In this document: one piece after another, positions 1 to 13,264 of the stretch
How the letters are laid out: each line of letters opens with the position of its first letter
How positions within the stretch are numbered: position 1 is the stretch's first letter
Source: Zancudomyces culisetae HAW-14-8
Lineage: Eukaryota > Fungi > Kickxellomycota
Length of the DNA stretch: 64,000 nt
Reading direction: 5' to 3'
NCBI GenBank assembly: GCA_052426225.1
Contig: JBNJNM010000015.1
Coordinates: forward strand, 1,488,001-1,552,000
The notes under the pieces: model-generated
The model's database searches: none
What the model saw: the letters and a program-made list of their open reading frames with translations, nothing else
What the model was told of the DNA's origin: nothing
Position numbers and translations under genes: made by a program

Positions 1-1835
1 TAAGGCTTCTTTGGCATTTTTTATAAGAGATTCGATGTTGGAAAGTAGCTTCTGAAATAATACGTCCTCTTTTAATACTGCTTCTACAATCTGTAATACA
101 GTTAGATACATAGCAAAAAGGTACCGATTAGTAATGATATATGAACATAGCTTTGATAAGCATCTCGGATCAAGCTCAGTTTAACATAATATTGCACCTG
201 TTTTTTAAAAAAAGAAAAAGACAACCGAACATCATTTACCTTTTCTGACTCTTCACTCAAAAGTTCAATAGTGTTGGAATCTGAAGTAGTTACACCTTGG
301 CTTTTCAATTGTTTTTTCAACTCGTAAAGCTGTCGTTTTTGATTTTTCACCTCAGACTCCAGCTGTGTATTGACAGCCAGTAGCGCTTTTTTTGCTATTT
401 CCAAATCCTCTATTTTTCGACCTACCCGCGCTTCAGCTGCCTCCATAGAGGTTTCATCTAGTGTATAAAAGCTACTTCCATAATTCCGCTCGTTAGCAGC
501 GCGAATAGATCTAAGCGTCCCGCCGTGGGATCCCTCTACTGCTTCGCCATAACTCTCGACCATTAGTCTACTCGTTGATCTAAAATTCGCTGGCTCATGC
601 GTGTAAAACTCATCATTAATCCTATAGGTGGTATCCATTTGGTGCTCCTGTTCACGGTGATGAAGCAGTGATGACTTTTTAGAAACAGGCGATGCTTTTG
701 CAGCATTCATCATTGCGGTTTTACTGGTAATATTTGTCGTAGAAATACCATCCAAGGGTGTATCTACCAGTTTTTTCTGATTATTGTTGTGGATTTCGCT
801 CAATGACATTGGTCTAGGAGTACTCAGTACATTTTCCATAGAATGTATCATAGTGTGCGAGTTCCTACTAGGTATGGTTTTTTCTATCCCCATTTGGCTC
901 ACTAGAGTGCCACTTTTAGCTGAATCATGCATAGTTTGTTCCGTCTGGGCGATAGGTCCATTGTAAACAGTATCATTCCTGGTCTCGTTTCGACTAAAAA
1001 CTCTGTTGGAACTACTAACCCTTACGCCCCCTCTCGTATACCCGACAAACCCTTTATCATTACTCCTGATCAACTGCTCCTGTCCTACACTATCATTCAG
1101 AGGATACGGATATGACAAACCGCTTATATTTTCACTGGGTCCTCTCACATTCGCTGCTCTATTGTCGGATTGCAAGGATGCCGGGTTAGCAATGTACTCA
1201 TTGCTGATATTACTGGTGCTATTTTTCCCGGAAGAGTTGATACTTCCATCACCAACCCTTTGTTGCATCCCCGTCCCAAGTCTTGCTATAATTTCCGATA
1301 TTCGTTGAGCGCTCAACTCGCTTACACCTTCTTTTTGAGGTTCTGGAAATTTCAACACCCGAGCACCCGCACCCAATGCGCTTACCTGTTGGTTCTGCAA
1401 GGAGACACCTTCGTTCAAGACACCGGATCCGGCGGAAATCCGTTTCAACACACTATCAGGTCGAACGTTTTCATCTAAATTATTGATGCTGTAGTTTGCT
1501 GGGAATGCATTGGCTTCTACATTCTTATTTCCGAACTGCTGATGCATACTGGCTTGGAAAATAGTATTGTCTCTTGTCTCATTTACACCTGTGTTTCTCC
1601 TGGCCATCACTGGTCGCTTTTGAACACTCGAAGGTTGAGCATTACCGCTCGCCTCAATATTATACAGATTACTATTGGTATTCTCGTAGGGAAAATGTGC
1701 CCTATTACCCCCAGAAAATCCACTACCACTACTTCGATCATAAGTTGGATTTTCGCCTTGGTACCCTTCTTGTCTACTTGTTGCTCGAATTATATTACTA
1801 GCTTTAACTTTGTTTGCTTGAAGTTGCATATTCAT
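1..1835 (-). CDS. Conserved fungal hypothetical protein: long disordered N-terminus plus C-terminal coiled coil; 3'-partial, runs off the window
   Basis: Exon 1835..240, intron 239..91 (GTAAAT...CTAAC...CAG), then an open exon from 90 (IVEAVLKEDVLFQKLLSNIESLIKNAKEAL). The motif RKIEDLEIAKKALLAVNTQLE resembles a conserved uncharacterised fungal coiled-coil family. Confidence 0.75.
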
Positions 1836-4166
1836 TATTGTACGTTCTACTTGCTGTTTATAACGACTCTTTGTTAAATTTTAGGGTATTGCAGATTCAT
1901 TTGCCGTATTAGCATTTAATTGCGTAGATATTTTATGATTTATTGAAAATCCGTATTATATTATACTTGCATTCACATTCACCTGATTCCCTTGATCGAG
2001 AAAAATATATACTTAAAAACCTTGAACGATTGATATTGTCATAGAGCATTTACTATTGTAAATATATACATTCCCAGGTTGTATTGGATTCGGTTACTGA
2101 ATTAGTCTCCAAATATACATTCTTCCTTCCTCAAAAGACGCTACTCAAGTTTAACCTGTAAATTGTTGCGATTTTTATTGATTCGTGTTAATTTCCCTCA
2201 GTCGCATCTATGTGGTTCTATGAAATACAAAATCTAATATTAATGTATATTGTTTAGTTATCAGTCTAGGTTCTTTCTGCAGTATTGTGATAAATTAATA
2301 AACAGTATTAACGAAAATGAAATGAAATGAAATAAAATAAAATAAAAACTGCCAAAACACCAATAAAGGCTTAGGTAAATGGGTGTGGAGATTTTTTTTC
2401 TGGTATCTTTTGCACTTTTTTTATTGAGCTTCCCTATTACTATTTAACGGATTTCAGGTTTGAAATTTCATACAAGAACTGTGAATGCTTTTATCTAGCC
2501 TAACAAAGTAAAGGCGTATCCAAATTTACCAGGAACCTTGACTGTAAATTAAACGTCTTTCGAGATATTTTTCTAGGCAACAAAATGTGACTTAACAAAA
2601 GATTAGCTTGCTTTTTTATTTTATTGCAAGATGGTTGTGCTAATAGGTTTGGTGCACCCTGTCCTGTCGTGAATGGGCTCATATTAAGCAGGTAAAGAAA
2701 ACTTGGTTCTAATTCCACTGTTGTGATGCACTTTGTAATGGTATACTTGTGCTTAGACAGCAACACTTCACCTCTCCCTTTCTAATACGTGTAAAGTTAC
2801 AAACCCTACTACATTATCTTTTTATTTCGCATCTCCAAATAAGCTTATCGCATAATCACGATGGTTTTAGGCTAAAACTTTTTTATATTTGCCATAATAT
2901 TGTCGCACTTAGTTGATGAATCTGCAAAAAAGGCATGTTTTGGTGGTAATATATTTGGGTGAAAAAATCATCTGACATTTTATTTCCGTTTCTGGATGTA
3001 ATCTGTTTTTACAAAAATAAAATAAAACAAAATAAAACAAAATAAAACAAATGATAAAGTTGCATCATAAAATCTGCAATGTTAGAGCAAGTTAACCACT
3101 AGATTCATTCTAAGCACAACATATCAGCAAAGCTAAAAAGAACCAACCAACTGCCTCATCTCTTTTCAAACACGTGGATGTTCTTTTAGGTTTTTGTACA
3201 AAGTTTTCTGAAAGATGGAGGAGAGAGGAGGGTGGCAGGTTTCCTCCACATTACTTTGTTCCCCCCCCCTTTCGCTCCCATATGCATACACACATAAAAT
3301 TCAGATTGGTGGCTGAGTAAGTAATACAAAGGATACTTGATTACCATATACCTATTTTTTCCCAGAAAGGTGTTTATGTTTAAGCTGTCTAGCGTGATTC
3401 ACTTGATGAAACATACTTTACCGAGATCGAGAAAACTATTCTCATCAACAAAAAATAAAAATAAAAATAAAAAATAGTACGGATGTTTGTGTACACGAGG
3501 GATCACGTTTTGAGATACTCTTTGATTTTAGCCTACAAACGATCAAATATACCATGTTTATTGGTATCTACACAGCACAACCCGATTCCAATTTATAAAT
3601 TCTTTATAGTTGGTTGTAAACACCTATCTATTTTTCTCGTTTTTCTTATTTTTCTAAAAACGCAAAGACATTGTTGTTTTGTGATTGCTTGGTGTATCAA
3701 AAAAAAAATCAAAATGTGCTAAACATTAAACTTAACTAATATGAAATACACATCTAGCGCCTCACATCTACACCATTTCCTTCTCCGTGAACAGTGCTGT
3801 CAAAACATACTTTTGCTGTGAAGAGATGATATCCAAAATAGAAAATCCCTCAGCTTAAGTTACCAACCCAAGAAAGCGTGGTGTTCTTGTTATTTCCTAA
3901 TAAACAGCTGACGAGAATTACCTAATTTTATTCACTATAATTTTTTTTGTCTTGGAAATTGAAAAGATTTTAAGTCAAAATACAGCTAAATATGATAAAA
4001 CATTTCTTTATATTTTTTTTTGTTACAGATAAATGAATTTAAAAGCAAAATCGATTTAAACAGGCTAAATTCTCTACAATACATTACATGTATATATAGA
4101 CATGTAAAACAGTGAATTTGAAAAATAAAAATTCAAAAACAGCAATCAAACGCAGGTAAAAGGAAA

Positions 4167-4964
4167 ATGGTGGCAATCGAGTTAAAAAAGGGGAAGATTA
4201 CAATCAGTAACCATTCTAGGCTCTGGTATTCCACGTTCAACAAAAACTCTACTAAAAAACGAAACTACTACGAACTTTTGAATGTAAAGCCATCGTGTAC
4301 GAATAAGGACATTAAAGCAGCATACTATAAGCTCTCGCTAATTCACCACCCAGACCAAAGCACAGACCAAAAAAAGAGTCATGACGAGTTTGTTCTGATA
4401 ACTGAGGCATACAGAGTGCTTAGAAATGAGCAGACAAGACGAAAATACGACCTGGAAAACAGAATAAGGGGTGGTGTGAAAAGGGTCAACGTTAATAGGG
4501 ACCATTTCAGCAGGCAGGCTGAGAGTTTTTACGGAGCAGGGGACAAATACAACATTTTCAATCGACGAGGAAGAGATAGCTTTAATGAACCCGGAAGTAG
4601 AACGTATCAGGATGCAAAAATGGATGAACAAAACCACCATTTTGCTAGCCAAATGCGCCGAACCATGTTTTATCGGGCTAATGGGTATCATTTTGATGAC
4701 TTAAATCAACGGAACAAGGCAAGTGCAAGTACAAACAAAAGTAGAAATAGCGGTGGTCATGGTGGGAATGGAAGTGGAAGTGGAAGTGGAAGTGGAGGTA
4801 GCGAATTTTTTGAAAATGGACACGAAAATGTGTTGAACTTGGGTAGAAGCAGAGGGAGCAACAATGCAAAGCGCAAGGCTGAATACTTTAGCACTTTTAT
4901 AATATCATTTACTTTGGTTGGAGTCCTGGGGAGTCTGGGAATCGGTGTGTATAATGTACTATGA
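4167..4964 (+). CDS. J-domain (DnaJ class C) protein, probably mitochondrial, with a C-terminal membrane anchor
   Basis: NYYELLNV...YKLSLIHHPD...EAYRVL J-domain with HPD motif; basic N-terminal presequence-like segment; hydrophobic C-terminal helix; intronless. Confidence 0.9.
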   Translation: MVAIELKKGKITISNHSRLWYSTFNKNSTKKRNYYELLNVKPSCTNKDIKAAYYKLSLIHHPDQSTDQKKSHDEFVLITEAYRVLRNEQTRRKYDLENRIRGGVKRVNVNRDHFSRQAESFYGAGDKYNIFNRRGRDSFNEPGSRTYQDAKMDEQNHHFASQMRRTMFYRANGYHFDDLNQRNKASASTNKSRNSGGHGGNGSGSGSGSGGSEFFENGHENVLNLGRSRGSNNAKRKAEYFSTFIISFTLVGVLGSLGIGVYNVL

Positions 4965-5503
4965 GTACGTTACATGTATGACGCTAGAGATAATTCTTGC
5001 TTGTGTATTTATAGAATTTTATTGAATCGGTTTATATATTTTTTCAATAAGGTTATTGGAATTAGAATTGGAATTCTTATTTGCCATTTTCTTGTTTGTA
5101 TTGCTGTTACTACCAATTTTCATAAACTTTGCAATATGAAATTAGAGTCTCTCACTTGATTCAACTAAGCGAAATAATGCTTGCTTCTAAAATAGGGAGG
5201 GTGCGTTGGTTTATAAAAAAAACTAAACTATGGTATACATGGAACCATTCAATGCGTTTGTATTTAGAATTGTCCTAGATTCAAATTACATTGGTAACCA
5301 AGAACTGGAAAGTTTAGGTAAAGGTTTTGGGAAGTACATTATCCAGATAAAATAACAAGTTTAGAACAAAAACGCTTATACTTGGATAAGGAAAAACATC
5401 TTAATGTACTAGTAAAATTAGAAATGAAATGTACATGATGATATAGTGAAAGAAATAATAATAATAGAGATAAAAATCAGTGAAAAGAAGGGGGGGGTGG
5501 TGA

Positions 5504-8327
5504 TTAAAAATCAAACTTGGCTCTAAATGGAGTGATATCTCTACCCTCACAGGCTTCGGCCAACGAGGACTCATTCAACATATACATAACCATCTTTAAA
5601 GTATCCCAGAGACTGGAACTCATGGATAGAGCAGGAACAAAACCATCAGAATTAGAGCCAAAATTGGTTTGAATCATGGAGTCATTATCTGCCTGCAAGG
5701 CAAGGGCACTAAGTAGGTGAGTTGCGGCTTCGCTATAGTGTTGCATGTTGATGCTGGCAATAGACATATTAAAAATGGCTCTTATATAGCTGGGTTGAAG
5801 CTCAAGTGCACGGAAGTAGGCTTCGGTAGCAGCGGTATGTTTTTGGGAATTGGCTAATGTAGCACCAAGTTTATTCCATAACATGTAGTCATCAGGGCGT
5901 TTTGAAAGAGCAGCTTTAAAACAGTCAATGGCCTTATCGTAGTCGCCAGAGATAGACAAAAAGATACCAAAGGAGATTTGTAGGTCAGGATCCCAATCAG
6001 AACCAGGTTGCATTCTGATGGCCTTCAAATATAAATCTTGGAGGTATTCCTTTCTGGATTTTGGATCAGAAACTTTTAGAGAAGAATCAGCGGGAACAAT
6101 GTCCTTGTATTTAGGGTGTCGAGATATCCATTCATGAAGCGAAACGTAAGAGTCGACCTGGTAGTTTTCATTCCCATAAGATACAGCCAAAGCAATGTAA
6201 GCATCAAGGGAGTTTGGATCAATGCTGATAGCTTTGCGTAGAGCAGCTATAGCGGCATCATCTCTTTCATTTTCTTGCTGCTTGACTCCCAACATGGTCC
6301 ATAAGGTTGCGTTTTGAGGATCGTTTTTCAGCATCGATTCAAGTGACATGATGGTATCCTTTAGCGAGATAGAAGCCGGATCGTTTTTTATCTGCGCAAG
6401 AAGTCTGTCTAACTCTTGTTGTGAGTTATTAGCAAAGGGATTCGCACTTGCAAACCCATAGGTGTCATATTTAATATCAGTGGCTCTGTAGCTGTTTTCT
6501 AAGGTATTGTCCCATTCCTTCTTCATTTGATCCCACTGGTCATCTGATTCTGTTCTTAGCTTGTCGACATTATTTCGGTACTGAGATACCCAGTCCATTT
6601 CATCAAATCCAACAGATTCGGGATCACCAATGCTGATTTCGTTTTCCTATTATGTTTTGTAACACGTATACATATTTGCGTTATATTATAATGCTAACTA
6701 CTCGTTCCCGCCTATAATATCAATAGGAACCTGTATAACATAATTAACTAGATAATATCTTACGTGTTTTGCAAACTCCTCTTCCCAATCCTCCATACTT
6801 CCTGCGACAAAAGTTTCCTTCAGCGGACCATCGAGACTCTTCTCGAATTCCTCAGACCAATTCTTTTCTATACTTTGCGCTACCTCTGGTTTAAAAATAT
6901 TCCCGTCTGCTTTATCAGATATTCCCTTTTCACGCGCCTCTATCTCTTGTACTTCTTTTATAAATGACTCGGACCAGCTACTTGCTTTGACTTCCTCTGC
7001 TGATTTGCCTGTGCTTGCAGTAGCCGTATTGTTTACTTCAATCACTCTACTTCCCTGTATGTTAATATCACCGTCACGCAACTTGTGAATAAACGTTAGA
7101 AATTCTGATTTGCTAAAATTTTCATTTCCGGCATATCCCGAAGTAGCTTCAATGAATCTTTGAGCTGCTTCAGTCAGCTCGTTACTATTTCCCATCTCAT
7201 CGTCTTCTTCAACCTCTTTTGATGCCTCCTCTTGTATTTTTTCATTATTAATATCTGAACGAACCAAACCTACCTGAGCTCCATACATTGGCATCATATA
7301 ATTCGATTGCATATACATATTGGCCGCTACACATTGTTATAGTTATCATTATATCAAAACCCATTTTTTAAATTCAACAGAATTCACATTTTCCTTTTCT
7401 GCAAACTTTAATACAATATATGTAAATAACCTCACTTTGAAAAGTGAAAAACAAACAACCAAAAAAGACGTACCTATCCTGGCCTGCCCAAATGCTTTAT
7501 CCATAGCCTCCTTTTCTACGTTTACTGGTGCGCTAATATTTGTCTGTTGTTGAAAACTGCTATTCATCGCGACTCCCATACCAGGCCGGCTCACCATTGC
7601 TCGGTTAAATGCACTACTCATTTCAGAAAATTCTACACCTTGTGGAACAGCCGGCCTGCTGTGTGCAAACTCATTGGCCCACCCTCCTGGTGGTCCCCTA
7701 GGACCAGCAATGGCTGGTCCTTTACTTAATTCTCTATTAAATTCCTCAAAGCTAAACGCATCAGGTCTAAAGTTCTCTGGTTGTTTGTGCATTGCTCCAC
7801 CACCCAAAAACTCTCGTGCCAGCTACAAGAAAAATATCAGCCACATACTTTTATGAATATATCCACTATATAGCACTTGAAAAAAATACAAATAAAAAGG
7901 AACGGCAAGTCGAAACACCATTGGTTTCTCCTATAAACAGAGAATGAGTCGACTTACTGCATCTGCCGGCTGGGGTCCGCGGTTTTGTGCATTTCTCATG
8001 GCCTGTCTAAACGCATTTTGTGGAGCATTTCCCACAGCATGATCTGGACCGAATCGGTTCTATTTATTTTAGTTTTGGAGCGTAATGAGCTTGTTGTTTA
8101 TATTCTGTTTATTTGTATACAGTTTTGAGCATACCATTCCAAAATAAGTATATATATACATATATTGTAACTCGAAAAAGATATACAGTAAATTTCAAAT
8201 AACAAAATACCATACTACATACCTGTTCAAGCGATCTATCCTTATTAAACTGCTTAGTGATACCGTCTAATGGGTTTCCTGTTGAACAATCAGCCCCACC
8301 CGACATCATATTTGGTAATCCCGACAT
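5504..8327 (-). CDS. PEX5: Peroxisomal targeting signal 1 receptor Pex5
   Basis: Exons 8327..8223, 8059..7958, 7822..7474, 7326..6764 and 6646..5504 splice in frame. N-terminal GADCSTGNPL carries the conserved Cys; multiple WxxxF/Y motifs (WANEF, WSESF, WSEEF, WEEEF, WVSQY); TPR domain (LWNKLGATLANS). Likely 5'UTR intron 8594..8353. Confidence 0.97.
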
Positions 8328-10991
8328 TTTCTTTATTGAAGTTGATTTATTCCTATGTGTTTTATTCAGTGTTTATTTGGGAATGGTGATATAGCTGTAT
8401 CTTTATTTCTCCTCTATCTTCCGTAAAGGCCATTTAGTGTGTGTTTAGATAATCTTTCCATCGCTATCACCTCTACCACCCATCTCCCATCTCCCATCTC
8501 ACATATCACCTACCACTTTTCTCCTTACCCCACACCATATGTATATACTAGTTATTTTGGATAAACTCATCCAATGCTAATAATTAATACTTACCTTGAC
8601 AATTGAGATTGCTGAATATTTCTATAGCACTCTTGTAATGCCTTTTACCAAAAAAAATGTTAAAATTAAAGTATCTCCACCTGTTGATTAGAACCCTGTA
8701 TTTTACAGCTATTTCTGTCGCTATTGTATTATATCAAGAAACAGCGTTTGTAGTAAATGGTTAGTATATATACCAAAATATAAATACCCCCTTGTGAACA
8801 AAGCGAGTATTGGTTATAAAAGAGATTGGTTTTCCTAAAACTTGCAATCAGCTCCTGATTATATTAATAATACTGGTTTCTACACCAACAAAAATCATCA
8901 ATTTTAGGAAAGGAGAGACGGGAGTGGAGAAGGGAATAGGGGGGGGGAGGGAATGAGGTTTTTAGGGTTTATTATTTGCAAGCTTCTGTAACATTATTTT
9001 TTTCTCACTCTTTTTAATTTTCCATCAAATCCAACCAAAACTTATTATTCGATTACTTTCAATTTTATTTGCAGAGAGCTTACATAAAAATAAAAAACAT
9101 GCGACACTTTCATTACACCACTATACTAGCAGCTGACACACATATATTTAAGCATGTATACACACATCAGCAAAAAAAATATAGCAAATATCAAAAAAAA
9201 ACCTGGCTGTTGCTTTTTTTCTTTTTCTTTCCATTTCTTTGAAATCTGTTGAAAACATATGCAATACCACCAATATCCCCAATATCCCGACAAAACAATC
9301 TCACTTTCACATGAATTTATTTTTACTTGATTTCTTGACAAGAGCTTATTTTCATCATTCTCGTTTTATCAAAAATAAAATGAACAATAAAAGCGTTTTA
9401 AAATATTTTCATGTGAAAAAAAGCTGGCGATTAGGACCTAAAACAAGAAACCATCCTTGTTAAAAAGAAAGAACCCTCCCCCTCCACCTAATTTTTTCTG
9501 CCAACCCTACAACCCTCATTGTCTTTCTGTGCCTTAATCAACTATTGGTACGCAGTGACTCTAGAGCAATTCAAGTAAAAAAAAACTGGCGATATACTAT
9601 ACATCATCGTTGGACTTCATCACATAATTTGATCTCCTTCAACATTCAGATGGGTATGAATTATATACAATCTACTTGCGTTTTTGAGTATGTATATGGG
9701 AAAGTGGGTATTTTATTGGTTTTTTCAAAATTGATATAACCAAGAAAAAGGAATTCCATTAGTGGGGAGGAATTGTTGAAATATGAATTGATGAATACAA
9801 AATCCACACAATGAAATACTTAATTTGCTAACTTGATTAATTGAAAGAATGAGTTTAGCCTGTAATCATCAACTTTTATCTCTTCAAAAGGATGAGAGAT
9901 GACTGTTTACATATGGTTATCATCTTTTGTTATTATATCGTTTTTTTACTGTGCGTTATGCATTACCAAAAACTATATAATAATATCCTTGAACTTTTAA
10001 TTTGTCTCTAAAGTAATATATAAGGAAATACCAAACCCTTCCGCTCTCTTAGCTTTTCAAAGCTCGTTGTCGTTCAAAACCTTGTACAGAATATTACAAA
10101 CCCTGGTAACAATAGAGACATTTTCACAAGAAAAAAAACTCTATGTTTCTGCAATTATAGTCAGTAACCTAGATGCAACATAAATTAAAAGACAGCTAGA
10201 GTTTCCTAAAATCACGACTACACCAACAACTCTGCATTAAGTAGTTAAAATGAGTATACATTAGCCATTTGCTGTACAGCTTGAGTACAAGATACTATAA
10301 AACTTATTTATTGGTCGTATTAGCAGCTATACTCTGTATCTTGTTTGCTTGTTGTGCACTTTGAGCTACTACTAATATGTGACTTTTCCTCCATCTCTCG
10401 TATTATTCTTAAAGTTTTACAACTTGTACTATTATTGTCCTACCAAAATACATCAGTTATAATGACCTGAGTTTTTACCATAAACTACAACACCTAAATA
10501 TCTCCCGGATAAATAGGCAATAAAATTTCAAAATGTGTTATGTTGGTTATTAACATATCATAATACCATTATATCACTAACAAAAAAGATTGGGTGGTTT
10601 AATAGTTACGAGTAATGAATCAGGCAGTATTAGCCAAAGATTCTATCTGTGTTTAGTATACAACGGAATGACTGGCGATTTTATTTCACGCCGCCATTTG
10701 CCGCAATTTCTAATTAAGTAACCAGCCTATCCAAAAAGCAAAGAATTAATAATTTACGTGAACAGATCAATTCGGTTTAAAATTAATTTAAAAAAATTCT
10801 GAACTAATATATGATCACAGAATTATAACTACATAGAATTACTCTTTCCAAAGATATTCTTTGTTTTCTTTTCTTTTCTTTTCTTTTATTTTCTATTTCT
10901 AATTCTATTTAAAAAGGGGCTTTATTTATTTAAAAGGTTAAAACAAACAGAAAGTAAATATACCTTAGAGTAACAAACACTATTCACAAAA

Positions 10992-12117
10992 ATGATATCA
11001 AAGGGGCTAGCTAGAGACATTTTCATCACTTTTGGTGACTCAATAACCGAATTTGGATACCAAGTAGAAAAGTGTGGTTGGGTATCACAGTTGGCAAACC
11101 AGTATGTACGAAAAATAGAAGTAGTTAACAGAGGATATTCAGGTAAGACGACCATGTTAGGTTTTATGTATATTTCAGTGTGTTACTAGCGTGTATATTA
11201 TCACACAACATACCAATTGTTTGTACAAATATGCTTGAGCCAAGTTCTGAAATAAATCACAACTTTTCGTTTTCAGTGTAACTAAAGTAGTAAGACAAAA
11301 AGTCTGAAATACTAAACAAATACACTTTGTATTGAAAATAGGATATAACACCAGGTGGGGAAAGCATATATTTTTTAAAACATTTCCAAAAAGATCAGAT
11401 GGGTCTAGTATAGCTAGTAAGGATGAACAAAAAGATTCATCGGAAAATGCGGACAATGGTAAAGTCAACTATGAACAACAGATACTGACAGGATTCGAAG
11501 AAAGTAGAACCCCAAGAATAAGGTTGGTAACGATATTTTTGGGAACAAACGACTGTTCCTTCCCAACTTGGTCTCAGCATGTTCCGCTAGCCGAATATGG
11601 TGCCAACATACGTCAAATGATTGATTTTTTAACAAACAAAGAGTCAGAATACTACAATCCTGATGTGAAAATAATATTGATCACTCCACCACCACTATGT
11701 GATATATTATGGGAAGAAATGATGGCAAGAATAGGATTCACAGAGCCTCATAGAAGCAGCCAGATGCCAAAACCCTATGCTGACGAGGTGGTGAAAATTG
11801 GAAAAGATTACAACATTCCTGTTATAAACCTGTGGCAAGGAATCGAGGATAAGATCCAGGAACTGAAGAATGCTGCAGCCAACTCAAATGGTTCACAGCA
11901 ACAACAAGACACAAAAACAGATCAAAAATACTGTACTGATGTAAACAATCCAAGATTCGGGTATGATCGGTATCTCTGTGATGGGCTACATTTGGAGAAC
12001 TTAGGAAATGACTTTTTGTTTAAGAGCCTGATGGAAACCATAAACACAAACTTTCCAGAACTTAGCCCTGAAAATGTTCCCACATTTTTACCTACCTGCG
12101 AGAACATTATTCTATAA
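10992..12117 (+). CDS. IAH1: Isoamyl acetate-hydrolysing esterase-like SGNH hydrolase, copy 1 (308 aa)
   Basis: Exons 10992..11142 and 11342..12117. Blocks FGDSIT, NRGYSGYNTRW, FLGTND, ITPPP and DGLH are all present. Confidence 0.93.
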
Positions 12118-12148
12118 GATAGATGAGTATTTTACGCTGGTTTTTTAG

Positions 12149-12201
12149 CTAGATATTTTGAATGCTAGACATTTTGAATACTAGACATTTTGAATACTAG
12201 A
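12149..12201 (+). repeat. 16-bp minisatellite CTAGAYATTTTGAATR, about 3.3 copies
   Basis: Three full units downstream of IAH1 copy 1 versus one unit downstream of copy 2. Confidence 0.9.
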
Positions 12202-13264
12202 TGCTTTGGTTGTTAGTTTAACTTGTTCATTAAATTCTGGTATATTTGAGCAGGACTTATTTTGCGGTTTATGGTGTAAAGTGCACTGATTTAAGATTTC
12301 AGGTTCACAGAAATGTATTTTTCATACACTTGAGACAAGATAAAAAGAAAGTATAACCAAATATTCTTATTATGATGAGTAGTGATCATATATGTATGAA
12401 TGCAAAATGAAATAAATAATCGAGATAAATGTTTGAGAATTAAAGGATTCTAAGATGTAATTCGACTTGCAGATCCCAATTATAGTCAAGCTAAGCTGTC
12501 AAAACAACCTAACCTCTAAGTTTACTGACCTGATTAATATGAGTCATATGTCTTTGCAGTAAAATATACACTACATTGTTCCATAGCTTTCATACCTGAA
12601 TAACAACAAACTGTGCTAAAAGCTCTACTATTTTCTCCCGAAAAAATGGGCAATAAAAATTACAAGATGTAATATAACGGTTAGTAATGCGGTTGAAGGC
12701 AGTCATACTATTGGTACAAAAAAAGAATGATAAAGGCTAAAATGTTGTAAATAACGCCATTGTTATCCAAAGGTTCCGTTTTAATACACAATTTAAGCGC
12801 TGAAACCTTTTCTTCAAACCCCCCCATTTGCTGCAATTTTCAACCCAAACAGATAGTGTATCTAAAAAGCAGGAATTTTGCAATCAATATAGTCGGATCC
12901 TTTTGAGCAATGTTATTTCGAAAGAATTCTAATCTACATAACGATCAAAAGGTTGAAACTACAGAAATGGCGCGCGCACCTTACAAATGTACCCCTTTTC
13001 ATACTGGTATTAATAATTGAGGATAATTATATTGGCGTGAATGGTAGAAAGGGGTAGATAACACTGATAAAACAGTGAGGGAATTGTTTTAGGGGTGGTT
13101 AGATCTTCCATACTAGTGAGATAATAAAGTTGCATATTCAAGTTACAGCAATGCTTTTCCTCTTTTATTTCAAGTTCATTAACCAAGCAATTTTTTATTT
13201 GTTTAAAAGGTTAAAAGATACAGAAAATAAATATACCTTAGAGTAACAAACACTATTCACAAAA

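Noticed and set aside
2316-3050. AAATG/AAAAT/AAAAC microsatellites (also GATTT at about 35795, TTTTAC at about 58825, GAT/AAT at about 44350)
   Set aside because: Ordinary simple repeats with no spacer structure; not CRISPR-like or telomeric.
8587-8600. ATACTTACCT resembling the U1 snRNA 5' end
   Set aside because: No U1 stem-loops or Sm site follow; better explained as the minus-strand donor (AAG|GTAAGTAT) of a PEX5 5'UTR intron.
8640-8650. GCCTTTTAC, the U5 loop 1 sequence (also near 58820)
   Set aside because: No closing stem or U5 architecture.
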